DNA of 63,899 nt, the filler included, from Aduncisulcus paluster (lineage: Eukaryota): the NCBI GenBank assembly GCA_024181965.1. It is 13 parts of 13 records of this genome, joined end to end, with 100 filler letters (N's around TTAATTAATTAA, not from the genome) between each part and the next. Parts side by side here need not be neighbours in the genome. Positions count along the whole stretch, not along the records: positions 49,766 to 52,449 come from BQXS01012022.1; positions 52,550 to 63,899 come from BQXS01012023.1; 11 more parts are not named here. The stretch is one strand, 5' to 3'. The translations under genes were made by a program, and so were the position numbers. Below are positions 50,191-60,662 of this stretch, piece after piece. Every line of letters begins with the position of its first letter. Within the stretch, counting starts at the first letter, position 1. The notes below the pieces were generated by a model. It was not told the DNA's origin. It ran no database searches and saw only the letters and a list, made by a program, of their open reading frames with translations.

Positions 50191-51828
50191 TTATTTCCAT
50201 GGAAGTAGAGATAATCGATCAGCTGCAATGGTTTCCTCGTTGATAGTAAATACAAGGGAGTCGATATCGAAACTTACAGCGTCCCTATTACTCCACGTTC
50301 CTTTCCCTTTAATCTCACACAATACAACGTTATCCAAATCAATAGGAAGGAAGTGCCATTCATATTTATGTTTAGGTCTTGTGAATTCATACTTTTTGTT
50401 TATCTTCTTACCAGCACAATCAGTGAAAGTGAAGAGAAGAGAGGGTGAACTATAATCCTTCCTCACACATATATAAGCACCTTTCATGGGATTAGGTGAT
50501 GGGAAAGGAATGGAAAGATGGGATAAGTAAGCACTATCTACCCCTTTCAACATTTTTTGTGCTTCTGAACTCCGATCATACCATATATGTCCCTTAACAT
50601 ACTCATCATCATGTGACTTAACCATTGAAAACGAAGGATCAATAAGCTTTGGATTATCTCGTGGAATGGGAATATATTTTATACCTCCAACCTTAACAAA
50701 CTCTGGTTTCACAACTGGAGCTTCAGACCATAGTTTATCTTTGGCTTCACGAGCTTTGATTTCTTCAGGAGTTTCTTCTTCAAGGAAAAAAAGGGATTCG
50801 ATTCTAAAACACCGACTATTCTTTTTATACCACCTTCCTTTCCCTTCAATCTCACACAATCCAACATTATCTAAATCAATAGGAAGGAAGTGCCATTCAC
50901 AGTTATGTTTAGGTCTTGTGAATTCATACTTCTTGAATGTCTTCTTACCATCACAATCAGTGAAAGTGAAGAGAAGAGAGGGTGGACTGAAACGCTGATG
51001 AACACAGATATAAGCACCTTTCATGGGACTAGGTGATCGGAAAGGGATGGAAAGATGGGATAACCATACATAATCACCCCCTCTTAACATTTTTTGTGCA
51101 TTTACACTCTGATCATACCACAGAAATGTGCCCTTTCTCACCGAATCATTCTTGCACTTAACCATTGCCAATGTTCTCAGTGAGCATGTAGGATCTACAA
51201 TATGTGGATCATCACATGGAAGGTCAATATATTCCACATCTTCTCCCTTTACAAATTCAGGTTTCACAACTGGAGCTTCAGACCATAGTTTCTCTCTGGC
51301 TTTACGAGATTTGAGTTCTTCAGGAGTTTCTTCTCTAATGAAAACAAGGTAGATGATTCCAAAATACTTTTCTTCTCTTCCTTTCCCTTTAATCTTACAC
51401 AGAACAACATCAGGGAGATCAACAGGAAGGAAATACCAATGATAGCCTTTAAATTCAGGAAATTTATATTTCTTGGATGTTTTATCACCCTTTGAAGATG
51501 TGAAAGTGAAGATAAGATGTGATGGAGGTGAAGAATCACCATCAAGACATATATAAGCCCCTTTCATTGGGGAAGATGAAGAGAAAGGAATGGAGATATG
51601 GGTAAAATGTTTCCTATTACCCACTCCTCTTATCATCCTTTGTGCATAATAACTCTGATCGGACTTTTTATCACCTTCTTTGTTGGTTACAGCTATTGCT
51701 TTGATAGTTGGAAACTTTGTACTCTTAATATTGGGTGCATCTCCAGGAATTGGACAACAAGCCTCATCTCCTTCATGAACAAACAGAGGTTCAACAGTTT
51801 GAATAACAGCATCTGTGGATGAACTCAT
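50191..51828 (-). CDS. Lineage-specific repeat-domain protein (three domain copies); paralog of 4938..6050
   Basis: Three repeats of SIPFxSxSPMKGAYIC...KKYxF...FLPxDL; 545 aa intact. Confidence 0.85.
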   Translation of the reverse strand: MSSSTDAVIQTVEPLFVHEGDEACCPIPGDAPNIKSTKFPTIKAIAVTNKEGDKKSDQSYYAQRMIRGVGNRKHFTHISIPFSSSSPMKGAYICLDGDSSPPSHLIFTFTSSKGDKTSKKYKFPEFKGYHWYFLPVDLPDVVLCKIKGKGREEKYFGIIYLVFIREETPEELKSRKAREKLWSEAPVVKPEFVKGEDVEYIDLPCDDPHIVDPTCSLRTLAMVKCKNDSVRKGTFLWYDQSVNAQKMLRGGDYVWLSHLSIPFRSPSPMKGAYICVHQRFSPPSLLFTFTDCDGKKTFKKYEFTRPKHNCEWHFLPIDLDNVGLCEIEGKGRWYKKNSRCFRIESLFFLEEETPEEIKAREAKDKLWSEAPVVKPEFVKVGGIKYIPIPRDNPKLIDPSFSMVKSHDDEYVKGHIWYDRSSEAQKMLKGVDSAYLSHLSIPFPSPNPMKGAYICVRKDYSSPSLLFTFTDCAGKKINKKYEFTRPKHKYEWHFLPIDLDNVVLCEIKGKGTWSNRDAVSFDIDSLVFTINEETIAADRLSLLPWK

Positions 51829-52549
51829 TTACCTAAAAAATAAAAACAAGCAGAATAATGAATGAATCCGGTTAAAATATTTCTTAATATCCATCTAATA
51901 AAAGACGCAACATATAGTAAACATACAATTTGCTTGTTTGCCAAGAAATCGAAAAAATGTATTTCGTCGAAAAACGGATCTGAACAAGCAATTCTTCGAT
52001 AGATAAGATTGGAAAATTTAAAAAAACACATATAAACGAGTTAAATGCTGGTAAATGATAAAAACATGTTTTATTTCCATGCCATGGTGTTAATTCTCGA
52101 TATCTCAGGCTTTTGGAGAACCCTCAGGACTGGATATAGTTCCATTTCACGTGTTAAGAACATTTATGAACGATTTCAATGCTATTCAATAACATGGATA
52201 TATTTCCATTTCATTTCTATCCTTATCCTTGCCTTTCTGTTCATTTTCACTTGCTTTTGCTTACAATCAAAAATATCAAGAACTCGGAATATGATGGTAT
52301 ACGTGTGTCTGTATACTGCTACGAATCTAATCCTCTGATGCTTCATGGAACACGACATTTCCCCGCAGTCAAATCCAACTTGGATTGAACTCCAATTCCA
52401 ACTCCAACTCCAACTCCAACTCCAATGCCAGATCCTGAGATTTACATTTNNNNNNNNNNNNNNNNNNNNNNNNNNNNNNNNNNNNNNNNNNNNTTAATTA
52501 ATTAANNNNNNNNNNNNNNNNNNNNNNNNNNNNNNNNNNNNNNNNNNNN

Positions 52550-52732
52550 GGACACTCTGAATTGAACAAATATGAACGAAGTAGTGCAACTCAACGTGAA
52601 CTTGATCGAGAAGAACCACGTTCTGAAGCCATTTTCGGTCAAGTTGATCCAAGAACCCCCATCACACAACAAAAAATAGCTTTTCGCAGTCAGAACGGGG
52701 AAATAATTCCTTATATTTCCCTATCTGAGTGA
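52550..52732 (+). CDS. 3' end of a hypothetical protein
   Basis: 60 open codons from the contig edge to TGA, followed by AT-rich sequence. Confidence 0.35.
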   Translation, partial: GHSELNKYERSSATQRELDREEPRSEAIFGQVDPRTPITQQKIAFRSQNGEIIPYISLSE

Positions 52733-52974
52733 AATTTATCAATAAAAAATTGTATACGAACGGAGATGAATCATAAAAAAAAGAAAATCATGAAAAATAA
52801 CTGTATCTCCTGAAAGAATTCGATTTATCTGATTCTAATGAATAATACAAAGATTATAGTGTAAATAAAAAAAGTGATTTCTAAAAATAGAATTCTAAAA
52901 ATAGAACAGCAAAAAAAATTTTTGTTCTAAATCCAATAAAAAGTGTAGCCAATAAAAAGAATTTTTAAAATAGC

Positions 52975-53223
52975 AAAAAATACAACGATTTTTAGGCGAT
53001 CCCTTAACGCTGCAGTATGGTTCGTACGGCTGGAGCAGTATGAGAATTCCGAGTGTCGGCTACAAACGACATCTCATAATCCAAGCCGTCAATCAACCTT
53101 TGGGGTAGTGTCGTTTGCCCGGTACTAAGTGAAGTTCTATACTCGAAATTGGCCGATGACGAGATTCGAACCCAGGATTTGCGGAATAAGAGGACACCAG
53201 TCTACCACCATACTACGGAGATC
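52975..53223 (-). ncRNA. tRNA-headed, fold-back Pol III-type element (SINE-like or unannotated ncRNA)
   Basis: Minus strand has A-box-like TAGTATGGTGG and B-box GGTTCGAATC at tRNA spacing, ...GGCCA, no internal T4, and T6 at 52975-52980. The 5' and 3' ends are complementary. GC-rich island in AT-rich flanks. Confidence 0.55.
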
Positions 53224-53349
53224 AACAAATATTTTTTGTTTTATAATAATAAAATAATTTATTAAAATATGATTATGTGGGAATGCGTTTCAAACCACCA
53301 TGTTGTGTTTCAAATTGTGAGGACCTGTTTCGAAACAATAAAGCTTTGT

Positions 53350-54198
53350 TTATCGTGCTTCATCTACATCGGATGTCATTTCACGCAGAAGAGCTTGAAC
53401 TTTGACTTCTAAATAGCTTTCTAGCTCAGAATAGTGGGGAACGAGTTTTAAGGGAATCGGAAAAGAGATTAAAACTCTTTTAGAGATTTCTTCCTCTGTA
53501 GTGGTTCTGTCAATCAATTCCAACACTCCCAAAACAGTTTGTGGAATTCGACCCAACATTTCTCTTTGTTGGCTCTCCGGCTTTCCACTTAGCTCTACTC
53601 TCCAAACAGAGAGTATAAGTGATCTATCGGCCGGAGAGAGACCTCTCGTTGCCACCAAGAAGTGGGGACTCCTCCTTATTTCACCATCTAAATCTTCATT
53701 TGATATTGTTGAAGAAATAGCCGATCCGATAGATATTCCAGCCATTGCAGAATCTTCAGGAGGCAATTCTCCATTTCTTCCATGAGAATAATGCTCTATT
53801 TTCAATGGATTTCTAGGATTTGTACATCTTGTTACTATGTATCTGAATCGAGTTCTATTCACTTCTGTATTCAATAAACTAAAACAATCGTTGACTGTAC
53901 GAATCACATATACAGAAGATAGTTTAATGTTGGAAGCTGCTGTTGACAAAATTCTCTCTTTTTTTCCTTCTTGAGTTAGACTGTCCCAATCCTCCCCTTT
54001 TTCAATAAGACTGTTTCCATGTAATAATGGCCGAATTTTCTCTAAGATTGCGGTCTGCAATTCGTACCAGCTTCTGACTTGTGGATAAATTTCTCCCAAT
54101 GAAGAAGATGCATGAGAAGATCTCTTTTCTTTTGAGATTATTGTACAATAAATTGTTACTGGCTCTTGTAATAAGAGTGGTCTTTCACTTGTTGACAT
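53350..54198 (-). CDS. Hypothetical protein (282 aa); 5' part duplicated across N20 gap
   Basis: ATG 54198 to TAA 53350; 54253-54507 repeats 53977-54232. Confidence 0.6.
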   Translation of the reverse strand: MSTSERPLLLQEPVTIYCTIISKEKRSSHASSSLGEIYPQVRSWYELQTAILEKIRPLLHGNSLIEKGEDWDSLTQEGKKERILSTAASNIKLSSVYVIRTVNDCFSLLNTEVNRTRFRYIVTRCTNPRNPLKIEHYSHGRNGELPPEDSAMAGISIGSAISSTISNEDLDGEIRRSPHFLVATRGLSPADRSLILSVWRVELSGKPESQQREMLGRIPQTVLGVLELIDRTTTEEEISKRVLISFPIPLKLVPHYSELESYLEVKVQALLREMTSDVDEAR

Positions 54199-54853
54199 TG
54201 TATTGACCCATAAACAACATTTTTTTTTGTATNNNNNNNNNNNNNNNNNNNNTAGACTGTCCCAATCCTCCCCTTTTTCAATAAGACTGTTTCCATGTAA
54301 TAATGGCCGAATTTTCTCTAAGATTGCGGTCTGCAATTCGTACCAGCTTCTGACTTGTGGATAAATTTCTCCCAATGAAGAAGATGCATGAGAAGATCTC
54401 TTTTCTTTTGAGATTATTGTACAATAAATTGTTACTGGTTCTTGTAATAAGAGTGGTCTTTCACTTGTTGACATTGTATTGACCCATAAACAACATTTTT
54501 TTTGTATTCAAAAGAACAAGTTATTTTCACATATTTGTTATTCCAATATTAATATTTATTGTTTTTATTAATCCCAGTAAATTTTCAAATATAAAATTAA
54601 TTTATTTTGGGAATATTTTAAAATGGAATATTTAAAAGAAAATTGCTCTATAATTATTGAAATTATAACTATAAATAAATATTAAATATAATTATTGCAT
54701 AATATAATTATATTATTATTGAATTCATGCAAAAAAAAACTTGACATCATTATTTTGATTGTTTTTGCTTTATAACTTTCTAAAACTGTTACGATATACA
54801 TTATTAGCTGTAATGAGATCAATATTTTACAAAAAACTTGAAAATCCAAAAAA

Positions 54854-55438
54854 ATGGATGGAGTTCAAGAGAATATATCATTTGCCAAAAACAACAAAAA
54901 AGCAGAGGTTTTGGAATACATTATTAAACAAATACAGAGAGATATTATATATTATGACGAGGACGAATTTTAGTGTACAATCTGTCTCGAAGATTTGAAT
55001 TCCACAAAAGCCGTCATAGATCACATGAAATCCAAAAAGCATATGGATCACTTGATCCATCAAAAATCGGATACAATTTATTCATTGAAGAAACTATTCC
55101 GAGAGACATTTGCAGAGAGGACTGCAATTCAAGGAGTTCCCATTCCAGCAGCTTGCCGATTGGTTGATATAAAACTTCAAAAGTTGATCAGAGAATTGCC
55201 AGAACCAATTGATTTGATCCCATCAACAATATATTCTGCTTTGGATCGTGTTGTCCAATACCGTCAAAAAGACTGGAATACCTATTGTAGATCTGGTTCA
55301 TGCAGGAACAAAAATGTGCTTGCAATACTTATTAAGAATGAATATGGCACATTTGCTATTGATTATATCGATTTGAAAGGCCTAAAGGTTTTCCAGTTCC
55401 TGATGACAAAGTTCCTTCTGCCTTCTTACTCTCACTAG
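54854..55438 (+). pseudogene. Matrin/U1-type C2H2 zinc-finger gene with in-frame TAG
   Basis: MDGVQ...DEDEF*CTICLEDLNSTKAVIDHMKSKKH; TAG at 54971-54973. Confidence 0.6.
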
Positions 55439-55766
55439 ATTGCCTTGATGTTAACCTAGACTCAAACTTGTGTTTTTCCTCCAGAAAGGCTCGTCCAGCG
55501 TATAAGTAAGCGTTTATGTCCCATGTTCCCGAGGCTTCCATGGCCATCAGTTCCATGCCTAGTGGTCTGTATGCGTGCGTTGCCTTCCTTGCTATCTCTC
55601 TGCATATTGCAGGAATGTACGGGGTTATGGAGTCTCCCGCTGACGCTATGATGGACGAGACACTAGAAGTAAGGTTGTCCCATGCTCTGAAATTCACCGG
55701 TGAGTGTAATCTGATCTTTGAGATGCGTAAGTATGTTTACGAAATGCACCATCACATTTCCAAAAG

Positions 55767-56460
55767 GTGATGAATGATGACTTTGCTGACTTATTATATT
55801 CTTTATGTGTCATCTATATTGATGATATTATGATTTTCGGTAGAATGGAAGAAGAATATGTTCAGAACGTGAGAAGAGTCTTTGAAAGACTTGTGAAGTA
55901 TCACTCTACACGACCCAGTTTCTTTACTAACAGAGGACGAATCTGGCGTCTCAGAGATAAGGTCATTCGAGGAAGAATTTATCAAGGCCGTCAAAAATCA
56001 CTTTGGACAACTATCTGGACTGGATGCTTTATACGAATTCAGAAAGATCTTTATGGGAGATAACGATGACTGCCGTCTCCAGGTATTTGCCTTAGATACC
56101 GTGAAACCCTGGAGGATGTGACTCCTACAGATATGCTCAGTGGTACGTTACTCACTAAATACTTTACCAAGGGTATTAAAGATCCTCATTTCCGTATCAG
56201 AGTTGAAGCAGCCATAGTACAGTATAGTACTTTGGATCACAATGACTTCCTGGAGTTCTCGTAGACTTTTCTGTTACAACCACCATATCCAATGGAGATG
56301 GAACAAATAGAATCAGCTCAGGAGTAATAACCTGCAAATACCAAAATGAATGATTTTATCGGAAGAAATATCACAATGATCATCAAGTGTGTCATTCTAG
56401 AGGAGATCCCTGAGTATCCCTTGATCTTGGGGATGGATGTTATATTGGATAACTATTATT
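55767..56460 (+). mobile_element. Scrambled Gypsy remnants (RT fragment, gag-like and protease-like pieces)
   Basis: CVIYIDDIMIFG...VRRVFERLVKY (RT YIDD) at 55767-55910; YFTKGIKDP (gag-like); YPLILGMDVI (protease C-terminal motif). Confidence 0.7.
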
Positions 56461-56630
56461 ATTTATTATGGCTGACTCAGAAGAAGGCATACAAAATAAA
56501 TCAAGGGAACGTTGTTCCAACGATTGATTTAGAAGAGCAAAAGAGAATTTTAATTCTCGGAAAGTGAGATAGACAAGGATAAAAAACAGTCGAAGATGCC
56601 GACACCGAACAAGCATCGTAGAGGTTGGTG

Positions 56631-57405
56631 CATACTTTGAAATCGTGACGTACTGTACGACTGGGTACGTGAAAAATTTTAGATACGTGGGTACGAGAGA
56701 ATATCTAGATGAAAGAGTGAAAGCTTTAGAAAGAAATGCCAATTATTTCAAAGAATCTTGTTTCTTTCTTTCACTTGATGTGTTGCGAACTTCCGAATCA
56801 CCAACACGATTTGGCGTTTTCACCGTTTTTGAGAAAGGTTGTGTGAAGATTCTCAAGGATTCAACCTCCTCAGGAATACTTCCCTACACACAAAAGGCTC
56901 TCAAAGGAAAAGCCTTGACTTATCTTTCTATTCCTCCATCTGGAGCCAAGTTGAAAGAGTTTTCTCAATTTATAATGATGTGTTGGATAAGAAAAGGATG
57001 AGGATGAGCCAAAAAATAAAGGAAATGGACCTTATTAGTGCTTCAAATGGTAAAAAATAAACTGAATTACCGAATATAACTTATTATGTAATGAACAATA
57101 ATTCCAGGATTCAGAATTGAGTTTATCATTTTTATTTTCATTTTATCACAGTTTATCTTTTAGTTCATCAAATACAAGGGAATATAGGCTGCAGGGAGCT
57201 TATTGTTTAAACTCCCGAAAGAACAACTTAAACAAATAAATTTGGCCGCATTAAAGTTTTAGGATTTTATTTACCGCCCCTGTACAGTCATTTTAATTAT
57301 CATTGGAAATTTTTAGGTACGACAGATAGGTACGTGAAAATTTACTTAGGTACGTGGCAAAGTACGTGAAAACAAAATGTTGGTACGCCATGATTTCAAA
57401 GTATG
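56631..57405 (+). mobile_element. Non-autonomous hAT DNA transposon (internal-deletion derivative), 775 bp
   Basis: 23-bp TIRs CATACTTTGAAATCGTGACGTAC / GTACGCCATGATTTCAAAGTATG (21/23); subterminal GTACG clusters; frameshifted hAT dimerisation motif ALTYLSIPPSGA/QVERVFSIYNDVLDKKRMRM. Confidence 0.85.
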
Positions 57406-58934
57406 CTCAGGGATGAAATACTGGCCTTCTACCGAAAAAGAATTAAAGAAAAGTGCGAAGATAAGTATAATTATCTGAAAAGAACTAAAAGCGTACTCGA
57501 TGATTTTATTATTAAATATAAGATCCCATGCTTAACCTTAGGACTCTATAGAAAAGAAATTGAGCATTACGATGGAAAAGAGTCATGGAAAACAACAGTA
57601 GTTTTGGAATCCTTGCCAACTAGCACCACATATGCACATTTGGATGTGACACGTCCAACTGAATTGACTGAAAACCCAGAACCATTGGATGTTGATAATT
57701 CAAATAACTTTGCTTAACTTTTTATTTTCTAAATCTATATCCCTTACATTTTGATCAAAATACGCCTTATTATGGATCTGAAAGACTTTAAACACCCGTT
57801 TTGAGACCGTTATGGTCGTCGCTATTTCGCTAACTTTGTTGGCCAGTTTTGTGGTATCCTAACAGGTTCTCATGGGATCTATTTATAGAACCAACTATGA
57901 TGTGTCCGTTTATTAATAAATTGTACGTAAGCTTTATCGCATTCTACCATATAGTTCAGAAAAAGTGACCAAACATGTTGTTAATTTAATTCAAGATTCT
58001 TTTTTTTCCGGTTATTTCCAACAGCTTACGCCATTTGGCACAAAAAGACGTTTTCAAAATTTTGGACCCACACCGATCATAAAATCTTCAATGATTGAGG
58101 GTGAGTTAGGGCGCCTGTCTGAAACTGGCATGGCTAGTTATGCTATGAAAAAAGCCTACGGAATCAGTGACCGCTTTATGAGCACATTGTACAAAGCAAT
58201 GAGGAAGGAAGAAATCCTCTCAGATTCAAGCAAAAGAAGACATTATCCGCCAGAACAACTTTTAGGATCCGGGAAGCACTCTTGCCAATGACACGGGAAC
58301 TCATTGTCCCACTACGATCCCGTCAGTCTCGTCACCATCTTCCCGAAGCATCTTCAGACCAAACTCCAACCTTCGAAGACATTGAGACTCTTCGAGCTCC
58401 AGAACTTCTCGAATATATGGAAGAAGACAGCAGTGATTATTTACACAGTTCCAGAGCCCAAGGTCGAGCATCCAGAGATCTCCTCATGAGAGAAGCTCGA
58501 GGAAGGGAAGCAGTTGACACTATTACAAGAGGGATATCAGTTCATCGATCGAGGCAGTTAAGACGAGAAGAACGTCGAGACCGAGAGACGACTTCTACAT
58601 CTGTACAATTCTCTTTTTTTCTGTTCAAAGAATGGTTGCTTATCAATCGCTCCCCTTCCCACTTTCTGATGATTTCCGCCTCTTCCACCCACCAACAAAT
58701 TCCCTCATGGCTGCCAAGAGGTGTACCTCTCTTCGAATCCGCATGGTGAGAACCATAATCGACTTTGCCCTCGCCGGATTTCGGTCCGTTGGTTTCTTCT
58801 CAGAAATTGAAAATACCGTTTTTCCTCCTCTTTTTTTCCTTAATATCTCTTCAAAATACAATTTATCTAGCTTTAATTTCATTATGGATCCATATTTGTT
58901 GATTTATTTTTGTTTTTGAAAATTGCGAAGATTT

Positions 58935-59717
58935 TCTTGCATGTCATTATTGATGAACAAAACAACGGTATATTTTTAATCTTTATTTAATTATTAATAT
59001 TTTGATTATTTATTTTTCATTTCTAAGTTATCCAATAATCTTGGAAACTGTGGCTTACGGTATTAATACTAGGTTATTGTGGCCGAATTATCAAAACCAC
59101 CTTTTCTAACAAGGTTTTCAAAGGAAGATTTGTCTAAATTCATGAACAACCACAAGATTTATTCAGCATACGCTACTCATGTGGACATGATATCATTGGA
59201 TTTGGAGCAAAAAATATAATTGAATTTGGTGATCCAATGCAATTACCGTCAACCCCGTGATAAAATCAATAAGGCACGCAACGATATGCACTTGAGAATC
59301 CAAGAATCGCTCCCGGAGCCAAGGTAATGATTACGAAAAATATGAGTGGCCGAAAACGTGAGCAATGGCACTGAAGCATTGGTAAAAGAAATACAAGATC
59401 AAAGAATAATCGTTACATTGATTGCGACACAAAAAGAGTGGGTTCTTAAGAAAGAACTATTTGTTATCGAAAATAGTCACGGAACTTTTCATCGCATGCA
59501 GTTCCCACTTATATTAGCATACGGAATCATTATTCACAAATCTCAAGAGAAAACGTTTGAGTCTGAATGTATTATATTTTTATATGATTCTTTATGCTGG
59601 GATCATGGTCAATTTTACACGGAGATATCAAGAGTAAGAAGAAAAGGACGTCAAAATAATACTTCCACAAGATCCTGGAATAATGCTTTCAAACATACTT
59701 TTTCGTTCTTTGCTTGA
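58935..59717 (+). pseudogene. Degenerate PIF1-family helicase (Helitron RepHel-like)
   Basis: Collinear motifs VIIDE, FGAKNIIEFGDPMQLP, GAKVMITKN, VSNGT, RMQFPLILAYGIIIHKSQ, HGQFYTEISRV, with stops, frameshifts and deletions. Confidence 0.85.
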
Positions 59718-60011
59718 GGAAAAAGAATAAATATTATATTACAATTTAATAGTTGCAATCCTCTCGTGTTCGCCCAGTGGTACGGTTTCGGAACAATCGT
59801 CCACATTAATTCCAGCTCCTTCGCGTAAAATGAAATTATTCAACAAAATAGATTTTATTTCGACAAGAGAAGACCCTATAGCCAGACTGAGCCAAGAATT
59901 TCGAATATATGAATTTATTTCTAAATTAAGGGGAAAACGTGTGTTTCTGAGGAAAAGAATGGGGTTAAGAACCAAAAAGGAGCGCAAAGTCATGCCACAA
60001 GTGCTCAAATG

Positions 60012-60530
60012 GAGCATGCCGTTGCAAGATTTGGTGTCCCTAAGAATACTCTCCTTTCCACTCACAATTGAACGGTGCTGTCGAGAGGGTTAATAGGGAA
60101 GTCAAACGACACGTGTATGATTTAAGGCCACATGTCTGCATAACTTATATTTGGGAAAAGAGATCGGGAACCTTTTCTGAAAGATTTGTCTGGATAGTAG
60201 ATGACCTATAACCCGATGCAAGTGACTTCACTTACAATTGTAAATTTTGATCCATCTTTCAGACAACGTCTCCGAAGTCGATATTCTAAGTCTTTCTCCT
60301 GGTGGAAGAATTGAAGGGAAAACAGAAAGGATAGAAATATATATTTTAAATGAGATCACTTCTGCCAATGGGAAGAGAATGTATCATATTGGGAAAAGAG
60401 AATACATTCACTATCGGTGTTTTTCATTATGTTCATAAAATCGATTCGCCACAAAGACATGAACATCTACAAATTCCCAAACCTGGAGGATTATGTCGGA
60501 GAAAATCCACATTGTGTTCCGTTAGTCGTG
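60012..60530 (+). mobile_element. Gypsy integrase remnant
   Basis: VARFGVPK followed, after a deletion/frameshift, by SPFHSQLNGAVERVNREVKRH (rve core motif). Confidence 0.7.
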
Positions 60531-60662
60531 CTATTCTTTGTAAATTTAATTTAGTACATCCTGTTCGTGACGATATTGTTCTTCCATTTTCAACATTGCC
60601 TCTTCAGCGGATGTGCTTCATGAGGCCAGGAAGCTCTAAGGAATGGAGCATGTGTTCTGTAA

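Noticed and set aside
52385..52425. (CTCCAA)n as telomeric repeat
   Set aside because: Only about six imperfect units, internal to the contig; more likely a microsatellite or low-complexity coding end.
52998..53045. Twister or hammerhead ribozyme, SRP RNA or RNase P RNA in the structured element
   Set aside because: TAACGCTGC resembles the twister 5' part but the conserved loop does not fit. No CUGAUGA/GAAA core, SRP helix-8 motif or clean P4 helix was found.
53150..53223. Functional tRNA gene
   Set aside because: A/B boxes are present, but acceptor and anticodon stems do not pair and the T stem is weak.
58091..58291. Tc1/IS630-like HTH (GMASYAMKKAYGISDRFM) and DDE-like LVMDKVQTH near 61578
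   Set aside because: Motifs are short, far apart and not accompanied by other DDE signatures; too weak to call.
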